Positions 7,044 to 16,772 of a stretch of DNA of 38,640 bases are shown here, piece by piece (positions within the stretch are counted from its first letter, which is position 1; each line of letters begins with the position of its first letter). This DNA comes from Acidimicrobiia bacterium. Lineage in GTDB: Bacteria; Actinomycetota; Acidimicrobiia; Acidimicrobiales; JBBRKR01. The notes under the pieces are model-generated. The model made no database searches, was not told the DNA's origin, and saw only the letters and a list, made by a program, of their open reading frames with translations. Location: NCBI GenBank assembly GCA_043782545.1, contig JAYWAI010000156.1, forward strand, positions 1 to 38,640, written 5' to 3'. The translations under genes were made by a program, and so were the position numbers.

Positions 7044-9575
7044 TTAGTTGGTGGCTATGGCCGCCAGGATGTCGAGCTTCGCTGCCCGCCGAGCGGGTCG
7101 CAACGCCGCCAAGACGCCAGCGGCACCGGCGGCGATAAGTACAGCAACGATTTGACCAGTTGGCAGTGCGAATGTGACTGACCCGTCGGAGGCCAACACA
7201 CGCAACAGGGCCCAGCCGCCGAAAATACCCAACGCCACGCCCAACACGGCACCGAAAATCGCAATGATTACCGCTTCCCATCGCACCGCGGAACGGACTT
7301 GTGATCGAGTCATGCCAATGGCGCGCAGCAGGCCGATTTCTTTGGTCCGTTCGCCGATGCTCAAGCTCAGAGTGTTGGCAATACCGAATAGCGCAATGAT
7401 GACAGCGAAACCGAGGAGGCCAAACACGAAGGTCAAGAGCCCGTTGACTTGGCCAGAAACCTGAGCTTTCACGCCCGTGACATCGTTAACTTTCGCACTC
7501 GGGTAGCTCACGAGTGCGTCCTTAACGGCTGATTTGGCTTGTTCGGCCGATGCCGAAGACTTCTTATTGATGAAAATGAGCCGGTCGTTTTTCGGATCAA
7601 AGTTGGCGTCGAAGAATGCGTTGTTGGCGAGGATTTGTTGGCCGAGCACAGCAGCTTCGTCGGTGTAGACGGCTTTGACTGTCAAGGACACCTGGCCCGA
7701 TTTGAGAAATGTGGCGGGGACCGCCTGCCCAAATTTCCAGCCGCGATCTTTTAGCAAGCCGTCGTCCACAGCAATGTCATTCGGCCCGAGATTGGCCAGT
7801 GAACCTTGGACAACGTGTGGATCCAAACTTGAGTCGAGGTCGTTAACTTGGGTGGTAACGACGGACTCGCTGCCGGAACCAATTTTGAATGTCGAGAATT
7901 TTATTCCGACGGCAGATTTGACTTCGGGAAGGCTCTTAATGTGGCCAACCACTTCTGCGGGCAGCCCGACTTCGGGAGCAAAGATCGTGAAGTCTGACTT
8001 GAGCGATTTGTCGATTTGGCCATTGATGGTCGATTTGATCGATTGAGCAAAGATCGCAATGAGAGTTACCAGCGCCGCTCCGATCATCAGTGCCAGCGCC
8101 GAAGACGCAGTGCGCCGTGGGTTTCGGGCGGCATTCTCGCGGGCCAGGCGGCCGACCGTCTTTTTGATGGCCTGGATGGGGCGTCCAAGCGTCAATGCCA
8201 CCGGCCGCGCAATGGCCGGGCCAAAAGCGACTACCGCGAAAAGCAGTGCGCCCATGCCAATGCCAAACACGATTGACGTGCCAGACGTTATCGAGGAGAT
8301 GAGGGCGATCACTGCGATGGCCACGAACACCGTGCCCACGATTTTACGCGATTTTGAAGACGCTGACGAGTCGACTGCCATGTCTCTCATGGCGGCCACC
8401 GGAGGCACCTTTGCGGCTCGTCGAGCGGGCAGGAATGACACCGAAACGGTTGTGACCAGGCCGAGTACAAGACTCGTGACTATGGTGCCCGCGGGTAGGC
8501 CTAATGAGAGTCCGTTGACCTCACCCCCAAACGATTTGGCGAGTTGAATGATGACGTTGGCAATGCCGTAGCCGGCACCTAGACCCAGCACTCCGCCAAC
8601 GAGGCCCACGAGCATTGCTTCGATGGTGACCGACCCAATGATCTGACGTCGGCTGGCCCCGATCGCCCGGAACAGCGCCAACTCTTTGGTGCGTTGACTC
8701 ACCAAAATGGAAAACGTGTTGGCAATAACGAACGAACTCACGACGAGCGCCACGGCGGCAAATCCACCCAGGACTGCGGTAATGATCGACAGCGCACTTT
8801 TCAGGTCGTTCTCTGTGAGCTTGCGATACGCCTCGCCGGTGAGCGCTTCGATTCCGCTGGGCAGCGCTTTCTGGATGCGAGCCTGTAGCTCAGTTTGGCT
8901 CACGCCGGGCTGGGCAACGACGACGATGCCTTCTGGTTTGTTGTCAGTCGAAAACTCAGCCTTGGCTCGCTCGGGCGTGAACAACACAGCCGACGCCCCA
9001 AGCGGGCCATCGTTGGTGCCGAATTTGGCGATGCCCACCACCGTTACTTGACTCGAGCCCTTGGGGGTAATGACGCCGATTTTGGATCCGATTCCGGCCT
9101 TGGCGCGTTTCGAGGACGCCTTGTCGATGACGACTTGGTCATTGTCCTGAGGTTCATGCCCCTCGATTATATGAAACGAATTCAGTTCCGGAATTTCGCT
9201 CCACTGCAAGCCGAGCTGCGGTGGCCCCTGTGCATCGGTGAGTGCTTTGCCGTCGGGCTTAATGAAGATCGCAGTACCTTGATAGTCGCCTCGAGCTGCT
9301 TTGACGCCATCTACGGCACCTACGGCGTCAATGAGTCTCACGGGTAGAGCGGCGTGGCGGTTGGGCCCCTGATCGCCTTCGACGGAAGCTGTCGAGCGGA
9401 CGTAGCCGCCGATGCGCTGGTTGGCTGACGCAAAAAGATCGTTGAACGCGCCATTGAGTCCGGCCGAAAAAATCTGCACGCCGGCGACGAAACCGACGCC
9501 GATGGCCACGGCAACGAGCGTTGATATGAAACGCTTTCGCCGAGCGAGCGCGCCCTTGAGTGCAATCTTCAGCAT
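7044..9575 (-). CDS. ABC transporter permease, FtsX/MacB-type with duplicated FtsX domains
   Basis: 843 aa. N-terminus MLKIALKGALARRKRF is typical of the FtsX family. Two blocks of 4 TM helices are each preceded by a large extracytoplasmic domain. The LFRAIGASRRQI and LLRAIGMTRSQV motifs are repeated. Confidence 0.9.
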   Translation of the reverse strand: MLKIALKGALARRKRFISTLVAVAIGVGFVAGVQIFSAGLNGAFNDLFASANQRIGGYVRSTASVEGDQGPNRHAALPVRLIDAVGAVDGVKAARGDYQGTAIFIKPDGKALTDAQGPPQLGLQWSEIPELNSFHIIEGHEPQDNDQVVIDKASSKRAKAGIGSKIGVITPKGSSQVTVVGIAKFGTNDGPLGASAVLFTPERAKAEFSTDNKPEGIVVVAQPGVSQTELQARIQKALPSGIEALTGEAYRKLTENDLKSALSIITAVLGGFAAVALVVSSFVIANTFSILVSQRTKELALFRAIGASRRQIIGSVTIEAMLVGLVGGVLGLGAGYGIANVIIQLAKSFGGEVNGLSLGLPAGTIVTSLVLGLVTTVSVSFLPARRAAKVPPVAAMRDMAVDSSASSKSRKIVGTVFVAIAVIALISSITSGTSIVFGIGMGALLFAVVAFGPAIARPVALTLGRPIQAIKKTVGRLARENAARNPRRTASSALALMIGAALVTLIAIFAQSIKSTINGQIDKSLKSDFTIFAPEVGLPAEVVGHIKSLPEVKSAVGIKFSTFKIGSGSESVVTTQVNDLDSSLDPHVVQGSLANLGPNDIAVDDGLLKDRGWKFGQAVPATFLKSGQVSLTVKAVYTDEAAVLGQQILANNAFFDANFDPKNDRLIFINKKSSASAEQAKSAVKDALVSYPSAKVNDVTGVKAQVSGQVNGLLTFVFGLLGFAVIIALFGIANTLSLSIGERTKEIGLLRAIGMTRSQVRSAVRWEAVIIAIFGAVLGVALGIFGGWALLRVLASDGSVTFALPTGQIVAVLIAAGAAGVLAALRPARRAAKLDILAAIATN

Positions 9576-9578
9576 GAA

Positions 9579-10322
9579 TTATTCGCCGAAATGTTTGAGT
9601 TGATCGATCACCGATTCAGCTGTGGGGTCACGTAATTCGTTGACCACTCGTCCGTCGGCGAGGAACACGACGCGTTGGGCGTATGACGCCGCCACGGGGT
9701 CATGCGTGACCATCACGATTGTTTGGCCCATGTCGTGTGAAGCGCTGCGCATGAAGTGCAGAATTTCGCTACTCGTGCGTGAGTCGAGGTTGCCGGTTGG
9801 CTCGTCAGCGAAGATGATGTCGGGACGCCCGGCGAGGGCTCGTGCCACGGCCACACGCTGTTGCTGACCGCCAGACAGCTCGCTCGGGCGGTGCGTGAGC
9901 CGATCACCCAAGCCAACGGTTTTCACCACGTGGTCGAGCCATTCTTGATCGGGCGCCCGGCCGGCGAGCGCTTGGGGAAGCGTGATGTTTTCGATGGCGT
10001 TGAGCGTCGGAATGAGGTTGAAGGCCTGGAAAATAAAACCAACGCGGTCGCGGCGTAGTTCAGTGAGTTGCTTCTCTTTCAACGTCGACAGGTCGGTGTC
10101 GCCAATGAACACGCGGCCGCTGGTGAGCGTGTCGAGGCCAGCTACGCAGTGCATCAGTGTTGATTTGCCCGAGCCCGACGGACCCATGATGGCGGTGAAA
10201 ACGCCCCGCTCAAATTCGACGGTGACGTTGTCAAGAGCAACGACTTGACTGTCGTCCTTACCGTAAATTTTCGAGGCGCCTTCGGTACGCGCGGCGGAAC
10301 CTGTGAGGACGTTTGTGGGCAT
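9579..10322 (-). CDS. ABC transporter ATP-binding protein (MacB/LolD-like)
   Basis: Walker A GPSGSGKST, signature LSGGQQQRVAVARAL, Walker B IIFADEPTGNLD. Its stop lies 3 nt before the permease ATG. TAGCCT lies 6 nt upstream of ATG 10322. Confidence 0.95.
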   Translation of the reverse strand: MPTNVLTGSAARTEGASKIYGKDDSQVVALDNVTVEFERGVFTAIMGPSGSGKSTLMHCVAGLDTLTSGRVFIGDTDLSTLKEKQLTELRRDRVGFIFQAFNLIPTLNAIENITLPQALAGRAPDQEWLDHVVKTVGLGDRLTHRPSELSGGQQQRVAVARALAGRPDIIFADEPTGNLDSRTSSEILHFMRSASHDMGQTIVMVTHDPVAASYAQRVVFLADGRVVNELRDPTAESVIDQLKHFGE

Positions 10323-10339
10323 TTTGTCAGGCTAACTGG

Positions 10340-10354
10340 TGTCAGTCGCTGACA
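10340..10354. promoter_or_regulatory. Palindrome TGTCAG-TCG-CTGACA in the divergent ABC/asd intergenic region
   Basis: Perfect 6-bp arms, embedded in a CAGTCGC-TGA-CAGTCGC direct repeat. It sits between the two divergent gene starts. Confidence 0.3.
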
Positions 10355-10364
10355 GTCGCAGTGA

Positions 10365-11752
<1,388 letters not shown>

Positions 11753-11758
11753 GGGAGC

Positions 11759-11768
11759 AATGTACGGT
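11759..11768. promoter_or_regulatory. Putative back-to-back -10 boxes for the divergent leaderless mazG-like and MOSC genes
   Basis: The plus strand reads AATGTACGGT. This gives TACATT on the minus strand (11759-11764) and TACGGT on the plus strand (11763-11768), sharing the TA at 11763-11764. Each box lies 6-7 nt from its start codon. Confidence 0.45.
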
Positions 11769-11775
11769 GCGCCCC

Positions 11776-12609
11776 GTGGCAAACGTGATTGATCAAATTT
11801 GGCGGTACCCGGCGAAATCGATGCAAGGCGAGCGGCTCGATGCCGTGGATCTCGGCCAGCAGGGTGTGCCGGGCGACCGGGCGTGGGCGTGCCGAAGCGA
11901 GGAAATCGGTGGCATTCGCGGTGCCCGCAAACTCGGCGACCTCATGAAGCTGGCCGCTCGCACTCTGGCCAACGGGGACGTCGAAATCACGCTTCCCGAT
12001 GGCACCACCTTTCTTACTACTGACGCCGAGGCGGGCCACAAAATCGCCGCGGCAATCGGGCACAACGTCACCCTGTGGCCGCTCCAACCCGCGACGGATC
12101 TGGACCACCATCGTCGTGGCCCCAACAGTGATGACGTGATGTCGGAATTCACCGAAATGTTTGACGTTGCCGAGGGTGAAGCCTTCCCCGACTTCTCAAA
12201 ATTCCCGCCGATCCTGGACGAATTTGAATCACCGCCTGGCACCTATTTTGATGCCTTCCCCATGCTGGTCGTCACGACCTCAGCGTTAGCCAGTTTGCAA
12301 GGGCTGGCACCAGATTCAACCATCGATGTGCGCCGGTTTCGACCCAACATCGTGATCGACACCGGCGACGCGGTCGGGTTCCCGGAGCTCGAATGGGAGG
12401 GCCGCCGGGCCCGCCTAGGCGAGGCAACACTCAGCCTCACCATCGTGTGCCCGCGGTGCGTGATGACGACGCGTCGATTTGCTGACCTGCCTCAAGATCG
12501 CGGTGTTATGCGAGCGCTGGCCGCCAACACCAGCCGGTGTTTCGGCGTGTACGCCGAGGTCGAAACACCCGGCGCTATTGCGGTCGGCGACGACCTCGTT
12601 TGGCTTTAG
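11776..12609 (+). CDS. MOSC domain-containing protein (MOSC_N beta-barrel plus MOSC)
   Basis: WRYPAKSMQGE N-terminal motif, RFRPNIVID, CPRCVMTT (conserved MOSC Cys). Start is GTG 11776, with 11767 and 11785 as alternatives. Confidence 0.85.
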   Translation: MANVIDQIWRYPAKSMQGERLDAVDLGQQGVPGDRAWACRSEEIGGIRGARKLGDLMKLAARTLANGDVEITLPDGTTFLTTDAEAGHKIAAAIGHNVTLWPLQPATDLDHHRRGPNSDDVMSEFTEMFDVAEGEAFPDFSKFPPILDEFESPPGTYFDAFPMLVVTTSALASLQGLAPDSTIDVRRFRPNIVIDTGDAVGFPELEWEGRRARLGEATLSLTIVCPRCVMTTRRFADLPQDRGVMRALAANTSRCFGVYAEVETPGAIAVGDDLVWL

Positions 12610-12839
12610 GCCAGAGCGGCCAACACTTCGCGGGCGCTGGGGTTTGACATTGCTTGCCCATTGGCCACGACGGTGGGCACCAACTCGTTGCCTCGATTGA
12701 CGCTTCGCACAAACTCGGCAGCGGTTGGGTCGTCCCAGATGTTGTGCTTGTTGAGCGTGACGCCAGCGCGAACGAGCTCACGCTCGAGGCCAGCGCTGAA
12801 GCCACAACCCGGCCGCCAATAAAACTCGATAGTGCTCAT
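12606..12839 (-). CDS. Glutaredoxin-like protein of the mycoredoxin/NrdH size class with a monothiol CGFS motif
   Basis: 77 aa: [18 protein letters not shown]...[17 protein letters not shown]...SNPSAREV. This resembles my recollection of mycobacterial mycoredoxin-1 (..WCGYC...FV.SVN.GNRTVPTV...NPS..EV). The upstream part of the ORF-track ORF (to 12962) only translates the tRNA gene. Confidence 0.8.
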   Translation of the reverse strand: MSTIEFYWRPGCGFSAGLERELVRAGVTLNKHNIWDDPTAAEFVRSVNRGNELVPTVVANGQAMSNPSAREVLAALA

Positions 12840-12861
12840 AGAAAACCAACTCCGACCATCA

Positions 12862-12938
12862 TGGTCGGGAAGGGGGGATTCGAACCCCCGACCTCCTCGT
12901 CCCGAACGAGGCGCGCTACCAAGCTGCGCTACTTCCCG
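12862..12938 (-). tRNA. tRNA-Pro (anticodon CGG)
   Basis: 77 nt on the minus strand: CGGGAAG-TA-GCGC-AGCTTGGTA-GCGC-G-CCTCG-TTCGGGA-CGAGG-AGGTC-GGGGG-TTCGAAT-CCCCC-CTTCCCG-A-CCA. It folds into a complete cloverleaf with an encoded CCA. The anticodon loop TTCGGGA gives anticodon CGG. Confidence 0.93.
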
Positions 12939-12975
12939 ATTGTCTGCTGCGGCGGGCCGCAACGGATAGGACAGG

Positions 12976-13392
12976 TTAACCCGCGGCCGCCTCGGGAGTC
13001 ACAGCCAATTCGCCGTAGAAGGTGCCGCCCGCAAGGATTGCCATGCCCGCCTTTCGCAAACGAAACGCGTCGAGGGGTTTTACCAACCACCCGTCCGCTT
13101 CGGCTCGCTGAGCTATAAACAGGTCGGCTTCGCGGTCTAAAAGTAGCAACACCGGAATGTGCGGCATTCTGTTTACGCTCTCTTGCAAACGAAATTCGTG
13201 GCACACGGCAAAGCCGCCCATGTTGCCGATCTGGAGGTCGATCACTGCCAAGTCGGGAGCGTCTTTTTCGCATTCGGTGACGGCCATTTGACCGGTCTTG
13301 ACCGAGCGAAATACTGCGCTAGGTTGCCCAAGAGCCGCTTTGACGTCTTCGTGGATCCAGGGCGCATCGGACGCAATGAGAATGTTGGTCAC
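12976..13392 (-). CDS. Stand-alone response-regulator receiver (CheY-like) domain protein
   Basis: 138 aa with REC layout: ILIASD.., DLAVIDLQIGNMGG (phospho-acceptor Asp position), LVKPLD (conserved Lys). No output domain. GTG start lies 9 nt after the upstream ATPase stop. Confidence 0.8.
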   Translation of the reverse strand: MTNILIASDAPWIHEDVKAALGQPSAVFRSVKTGQMAVTECEKDAPDLAVIDLQIGNMGGFAVCHEFRLQESVNRMPHIPVLLLLDREADLFIAQRAEADGWLVKPLDAFRLRKAGMAILAGGTFYGELAVTPEAAAG

Positions 13393-13401
13393 TACCAGAG
13401 G

Positions 13402-14445
13402 CTAGACGAACAGGCTGGCGCTGACCGCTCTGAGCCCGTCGAGGTCGTGCACGTCCGTGGACAACAGCGGCACTCGCGCTACGGCGGCTGATGGGCAGGC
13501 TTGTAGTAGTGGCGTCACGTTGGATTCCTCACGTTCAGCAGCGCGCCGGAATTGATCCAAGTTGGCCCGCAACGCCGCTGGGCCGGTGGACACCTTGGGG
13601 TATTGGGGCAGCATTCTGTTGATGATGAGCGCCGACACACTCGTGTCGCGTCGGGCCAGTTCTGCGGCGAAAAATTCTGCTTCGGTGACGGCGTCGCCGC
13701 GAGGCGTTGTGATGAGAGCGAATGCGGTCGAGTCTCGTCGCAAAAGATTCTGCGTCTGGGTCGCTCGGTCCCGAAAACCGTCTTCCATGCCGTCGAAGGC
13801 CTCAAAGAACTTCATGGCGTCGTCGATGACGCTGGCGCCAACGACTTTCGTGATCTGCCGGAAAAATGTCTGGGCGGCGGCGCTGATGACGCGCATCGAT
13901 AGTCGTGACGGTGCCATGAGTAAGCGGTAGAGGCGGTGATTGAGGAACTTGCTGAGTCGCTCTGGGGCGTCGAGAAATTCGAGAGCATTTCGGCTCGGAG
14001 GTGTGTCGATGACGACAAGATCAAAATCACTTTCAACTGCGAGTTGGTACAACTTCTCCGCGGCCATGTACTCCTGCGTGCCACCGAGTGAACCAGAAAT
14101 ATTTACATAAAATGGGTTCGCCAAAATGAGATCGGATTGCGTGGTGGTGGCGGCGTATCTGGCGACGAGATCATCGAAGGTTTGCTTGGTGTCGAGCATC
14201 ATGGCGTGGAGTTGGCCTGGCCACTCGCCGGCCACCAATTGCGGCTGATTGGTGAGCCCGGCCGCGCCGAGGCCGAGTGCATCGGCGAGCCTTTTCGCGG
14301 GATCGATGGTGACCACGACAGTGTTACGTCCGAGCTCTGCGCCCCGGATACCGATTGCGGCCGCAGTGGTCGTCTTGCCGACACCGCCGCTGCCGCAGCA
14401 GGCAATGATATGACGGTGTTGCACAAGGTATTCGAGGTCGTTCAT
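13402..14445 (-). CDS. ArsA/Get3-family ATPase, second gene of the pair (BagB/Rv3680-like by gene order)
   Basis: P-loop CCGSGGVGKTTTAAA, ArsA-type DPA motif TIDPAKRLADALG, VVIDTPP Walker B-like. Its start overlaps the upstream stop (ATGA at 14442-14445). Confidence 0.85.
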   Translation of the reverse strand: MNDLEYLVQHRHIIACCGSGGVGKTTTAAAIGIRGAELGRNTVVVTIDPAKRLADALGLGAAGLTNQPQLVAGEWPGQLHAMMLDTKQTFDDLVARYAATTTQSDLILANPFYVNISGSLGGTQEYMAAEKLYQLAVESDFDLVVIDTPPSRNALEFLDAPERLSKFLNHRLYRLLMAPSRLSMRVISAAAQTFFRQITKVVGASVIDDAMKFFEAFDGMEDGFRDRATQTQNLLRRDSTAFALITTPRGDAVTEAEFFAAELARRDTSVSALIINRMLPQYPKVSTGPAALRANLDQFRRAAEREESNVTPLLQACPSAAVARVPLLSTDVHDLDGLRAVSASLFV

Positions 14446-15344
14446 AGCTGCGCGATTCCGGCCAAGAACGCACTGGCGAGCGTGTCGATCTCGTCGCGTT
14501 CGAGCGCGGCTGAGAAAACAAAAGGGAGCTCGAAGTGGGGAAGTGGCAACGTCTTCGTGAGCCGTTCGATGTGCGTGTGCTGTTCGGCCATTCGCTCGGT
14601 TCGGAATTTTGCTGCCGCAAGCAACGTTGCGTTATTCGTCGCCGCATCAAGCCCGTCCATGGGGGCGATTACTCCGTTGACGACCATGGGTGCCAGTTTC
14701 ACGCCAACCGATTCTTCGAGTGCGTATGCCGTTTCCGACGCCTCGTTGACCGGTGTTTCCTCGGGAAGCGTGACCAGCATCACCTGACATCGGTTGCCAT
14801 CGGCGAGCATCTCGGCCACGTCGACCGCCTGTTGGCGAATGGGTCCGGCCGCAACCGCTCCCAGTAGCCCCGACGCCGCCTTGAGGAATGTGATGGCGTG
14901 GCCGGCCGCGGGCGCGTCCACGAGGATCACGTCATAGGTGCCATTGGTGGCCGCGTCGCGTTCGATTTGTTTGATTTTGCCGAGCACCAAAATGTCTTTG
15001 ATGCCGGGGATGGCGGTGGCTACTACGTCCAGCACGCCAGTGGTCACCAGCCGACGGCCGATGCGTCCCATGCCATGGTCGGCGAGGTAGTCCAAAAGCG
15101 AATCGTCGGCAGCCAGGTGCCGAGCGTCAATTCGCTCGTCGACGGGAGTGACCGCGTAGCCCAAGGTGTCGACGCCCAACAATCGGGCTGCTCCAAATTT
15201 GCCGTCGATGTCAACAATGAGTGCCTTCAAACCGACCTGAGCGGCCGCCACTGCAGCCGCGGCGGTGACGCTGGTTTTGCCGACGCCACCTTTCCCGGCC
15301 ACGATGTGTACCCGAGAGGCAGCGAAATACTTCGCTGGATCCAC
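14442..15344 (-). CDS. ArsA/Get3-family ATPase, first gene of the pair (BagA/Rv3679-like by gene order)
   Basis: Deviant Walker A GKGGVGKTSV, ILVDAPAAGH Walker B-like. GTG start is preceded by GAGGG. Confidence 0.85.
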   Translation of the reverse strand: MDPAKYFAASRVHIVAGKGGVGKTSVTAAAAVAAAQVGLKALIVDIDGKFGAARLLGVDTLGYAVTPVDERIDARHLAADDSLLDYLADHGMGRIGRRLVTTGVLDVVATAIPGIKDILVLGKIKQIERDAATNGTYDVILVDAPAAGHAITFLKAASGLLGAVAAGPIRQQAVDVAEMLADGNRCQVMLVTLPEETPVNEASETAYALEESVGVKLAPMVVNGVIAPMDGLDAATNNATLLAAAKFRTERMAEQHTHIERLTKTLPLPHFELPFVFSAALERDEIDTLASAFLAGIAQL

Positions 15345-15385
15345 TCAAACCCTCTGATTTTCTTTGACTGTGTACCGAGGTAAAT

Positions 15386-16633
15386 GTGCGAAGGCTACCG
15401 ATCCGACTGTTACGACCAGTGTTCGCGCTGGCTATTTGCTTGTTCACTGTGGCTGGTTTGGCCAGTCACGCGAGCGCGTCAGCATCGCCGGCTGCGCTTG
15501 CCTCCGCCGATGAGCCGAGCTCCGACGCTCGCGTTGACGTGGTGGAAATCAACGGATTGATCGACCCCGTCGAAGCCGAGTGGATTCGGTCGTCGATCGC
15601 CGCGGCACAGACCGACAAGGCGATTGCGGTCATTTTCCAGATCGACTCGAGCGCGTCGGTGGTTAACGATGAAGAGTTGGCGTCTCTGGTTGCCGCGGTC
15701 ACATCAAGCCGAGTGCCAATCATCGCGTGGATTGGCCCGGGTAGTGCCAGCGCTCAGGGTGGCGTGCTCAGGATCGTGGCCGCTGCTGATGCCTACGGCG
15801 TGGCCGCCGGCGGACACCTTGGCAGCCTTGGGGATTCAAAAGCTGATAAATTATCAGCTCCCATTTTGGGCGAACTCTACGTTGGACTCAACGGCAAGAC
15901 CTATCGCGGTGTGACGCTCAATACTTCGACCGGCGTGGCGGGAAGCAACAAGCCGATCGTGTCGCCCAGGTTCGTGAAATTGCCGCTTTGGGATCGGTTG
16001 TTTCACACGGTTGCGTCTGCACCAGTGGCGTATCTGCTTTTTCTCACCGGCCTCACACTCATCCTGTTTGAGTTCGTATCCGCTGGCGTCGGCGTCGCGG
16101 CGTTTGTTGGTCTGATTTGTTTCGCACTTGGGTGCTACGGGTTTGGTGTATTGCCGGTGCGACCGGTTTCGGTCGGTTTGTTGGCGGCCTCGATCCTGGC
16201 ATTCGCCATTGACGTGCAGGCCGGGGCCCCTCGATTTTGGACGTGGACGGGCACGACCATGCTTGCCGGCGGATCCATCTTCTTGTATTCCGGTACCGAG
16301 TCGTTGAGTTGGATTGCGTTGTCGGTCGGTATTGGTGGCGTGCTGCTGACGATGCTCACGGGTATGCCGTCAATCCAGCGGGTGCGATTTTCGACGCCCA
16401 CGATTGGCCGGGAATGGATGATTGGCGAGATGGGGGTTGCCGTGCAAGCAATCTCGCCGGAAGGCATCGTGGAAATCCGCGGCGCACGGTGGCGGGCGCG
16501 TACCAATCGCGCCACACCGATCGATGACGGTGGGTCGATACGGGTGGTTGCGATCGACGGGTTGATCTTGGAAGTCGAACCTGAAGTCGGCGGTGCGAAA
16601 GACCATCGGGAACGCGCTCAGGCGGCCGAATAA
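15386..16633 (+). CDS. NfeD-family membrane protein (ClpP-like N-domain, TM core, C-terminal NfeD OB-fold)
   Basis: Signal/TM N-terminus; ClpP/crotonase-like region with GSASAQGG; 4-5 TM helices. C-terminal motif GEMGVAVQAISPEGIVEIRGARWRAR...GGSIRVVAIDGLILEVEP is typical of the NfeD C-domain. GAGG lies 5 nt upstream of GTG 15386. Confidence 0.8.
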   Translation: MRRLPIRLLRPVFALAICLFTVAGLASHASASASPAALASADEPSSDARVDVVEINGLIDPVEAEWIRSSIAAAQTDKAIAVIFQIDSSASVVNDEELASLVAAVTSSRVPIIAWIGPGSASAQGGVLRIVAAADAYGVAAGGHLGSLGDSKADKLSAPILGELYVGLNGKTYRGVTLNTSTGVAGSNKPIVSPRFVKLPLWDRLFHTVASAPVAYLLFLTGLTLILFEFVSAGVGVAAFVGLICFALGCYGFGVLPVRPVSVGLLAASILAFAIDVQAGAPRFWTWTGTTMLAGGSIFLYSGTESLSWIALSVGIGGVLLTMLTGMPSIQRVRFSTPTIGREWMIGEMGVAVQAISPEGIVEIRGARWRARTNRATPIDDGGSIRVVAIDGLILEVEPEVGGAKDHRERAQAAE

Positions 16634-16709
16634 CGCTGTCAGATCCGTAATGCCCTTGGCTGACCAGCTCGGCTTGTTTCAGGCGTGCGAAATATTTCCG
16701 AATCTCCCC

Positions 16710-16738
16710 TTGTAACTGCCCAAATTGAGTTGTAGGTT
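16710..16738 (+). promoter_or_regulatory. Candidate sigma-70-type promoter for whiB (TTGTAA, 17 nt, TAGGTT)
   Basis: -35-like TTGTAA at 16710-16715 and -10-like TAGGTT at 16733-16738 (TAnnnT), about 35 nt upstream of the SD-preceded GTG 16773. Confidence 0.3.
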
Positions 16739-16772
16739 CCGGTCGCTGGGCGCACGACATGGGAGGGTTCGG

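Noticed and set aside
12862-12938. tRNA-Pro as an integration site for a genomic island.
   Set aside because: There is no integrase, no repeat of the tRNA 3' end elsewhere in the window, no compositional break, and the flanking genes are housekeeping.
12840-12962. N-terminal extension of the ORF-track ORF 12606-12962 ([30 protein letters not shown]...).
   Set aside because: This stretch is simply the translation of the tRNA-Pro gene; GFESP corresponds to the T-loop GGTTCGAATCC. The real protein starts at ATG 12839.
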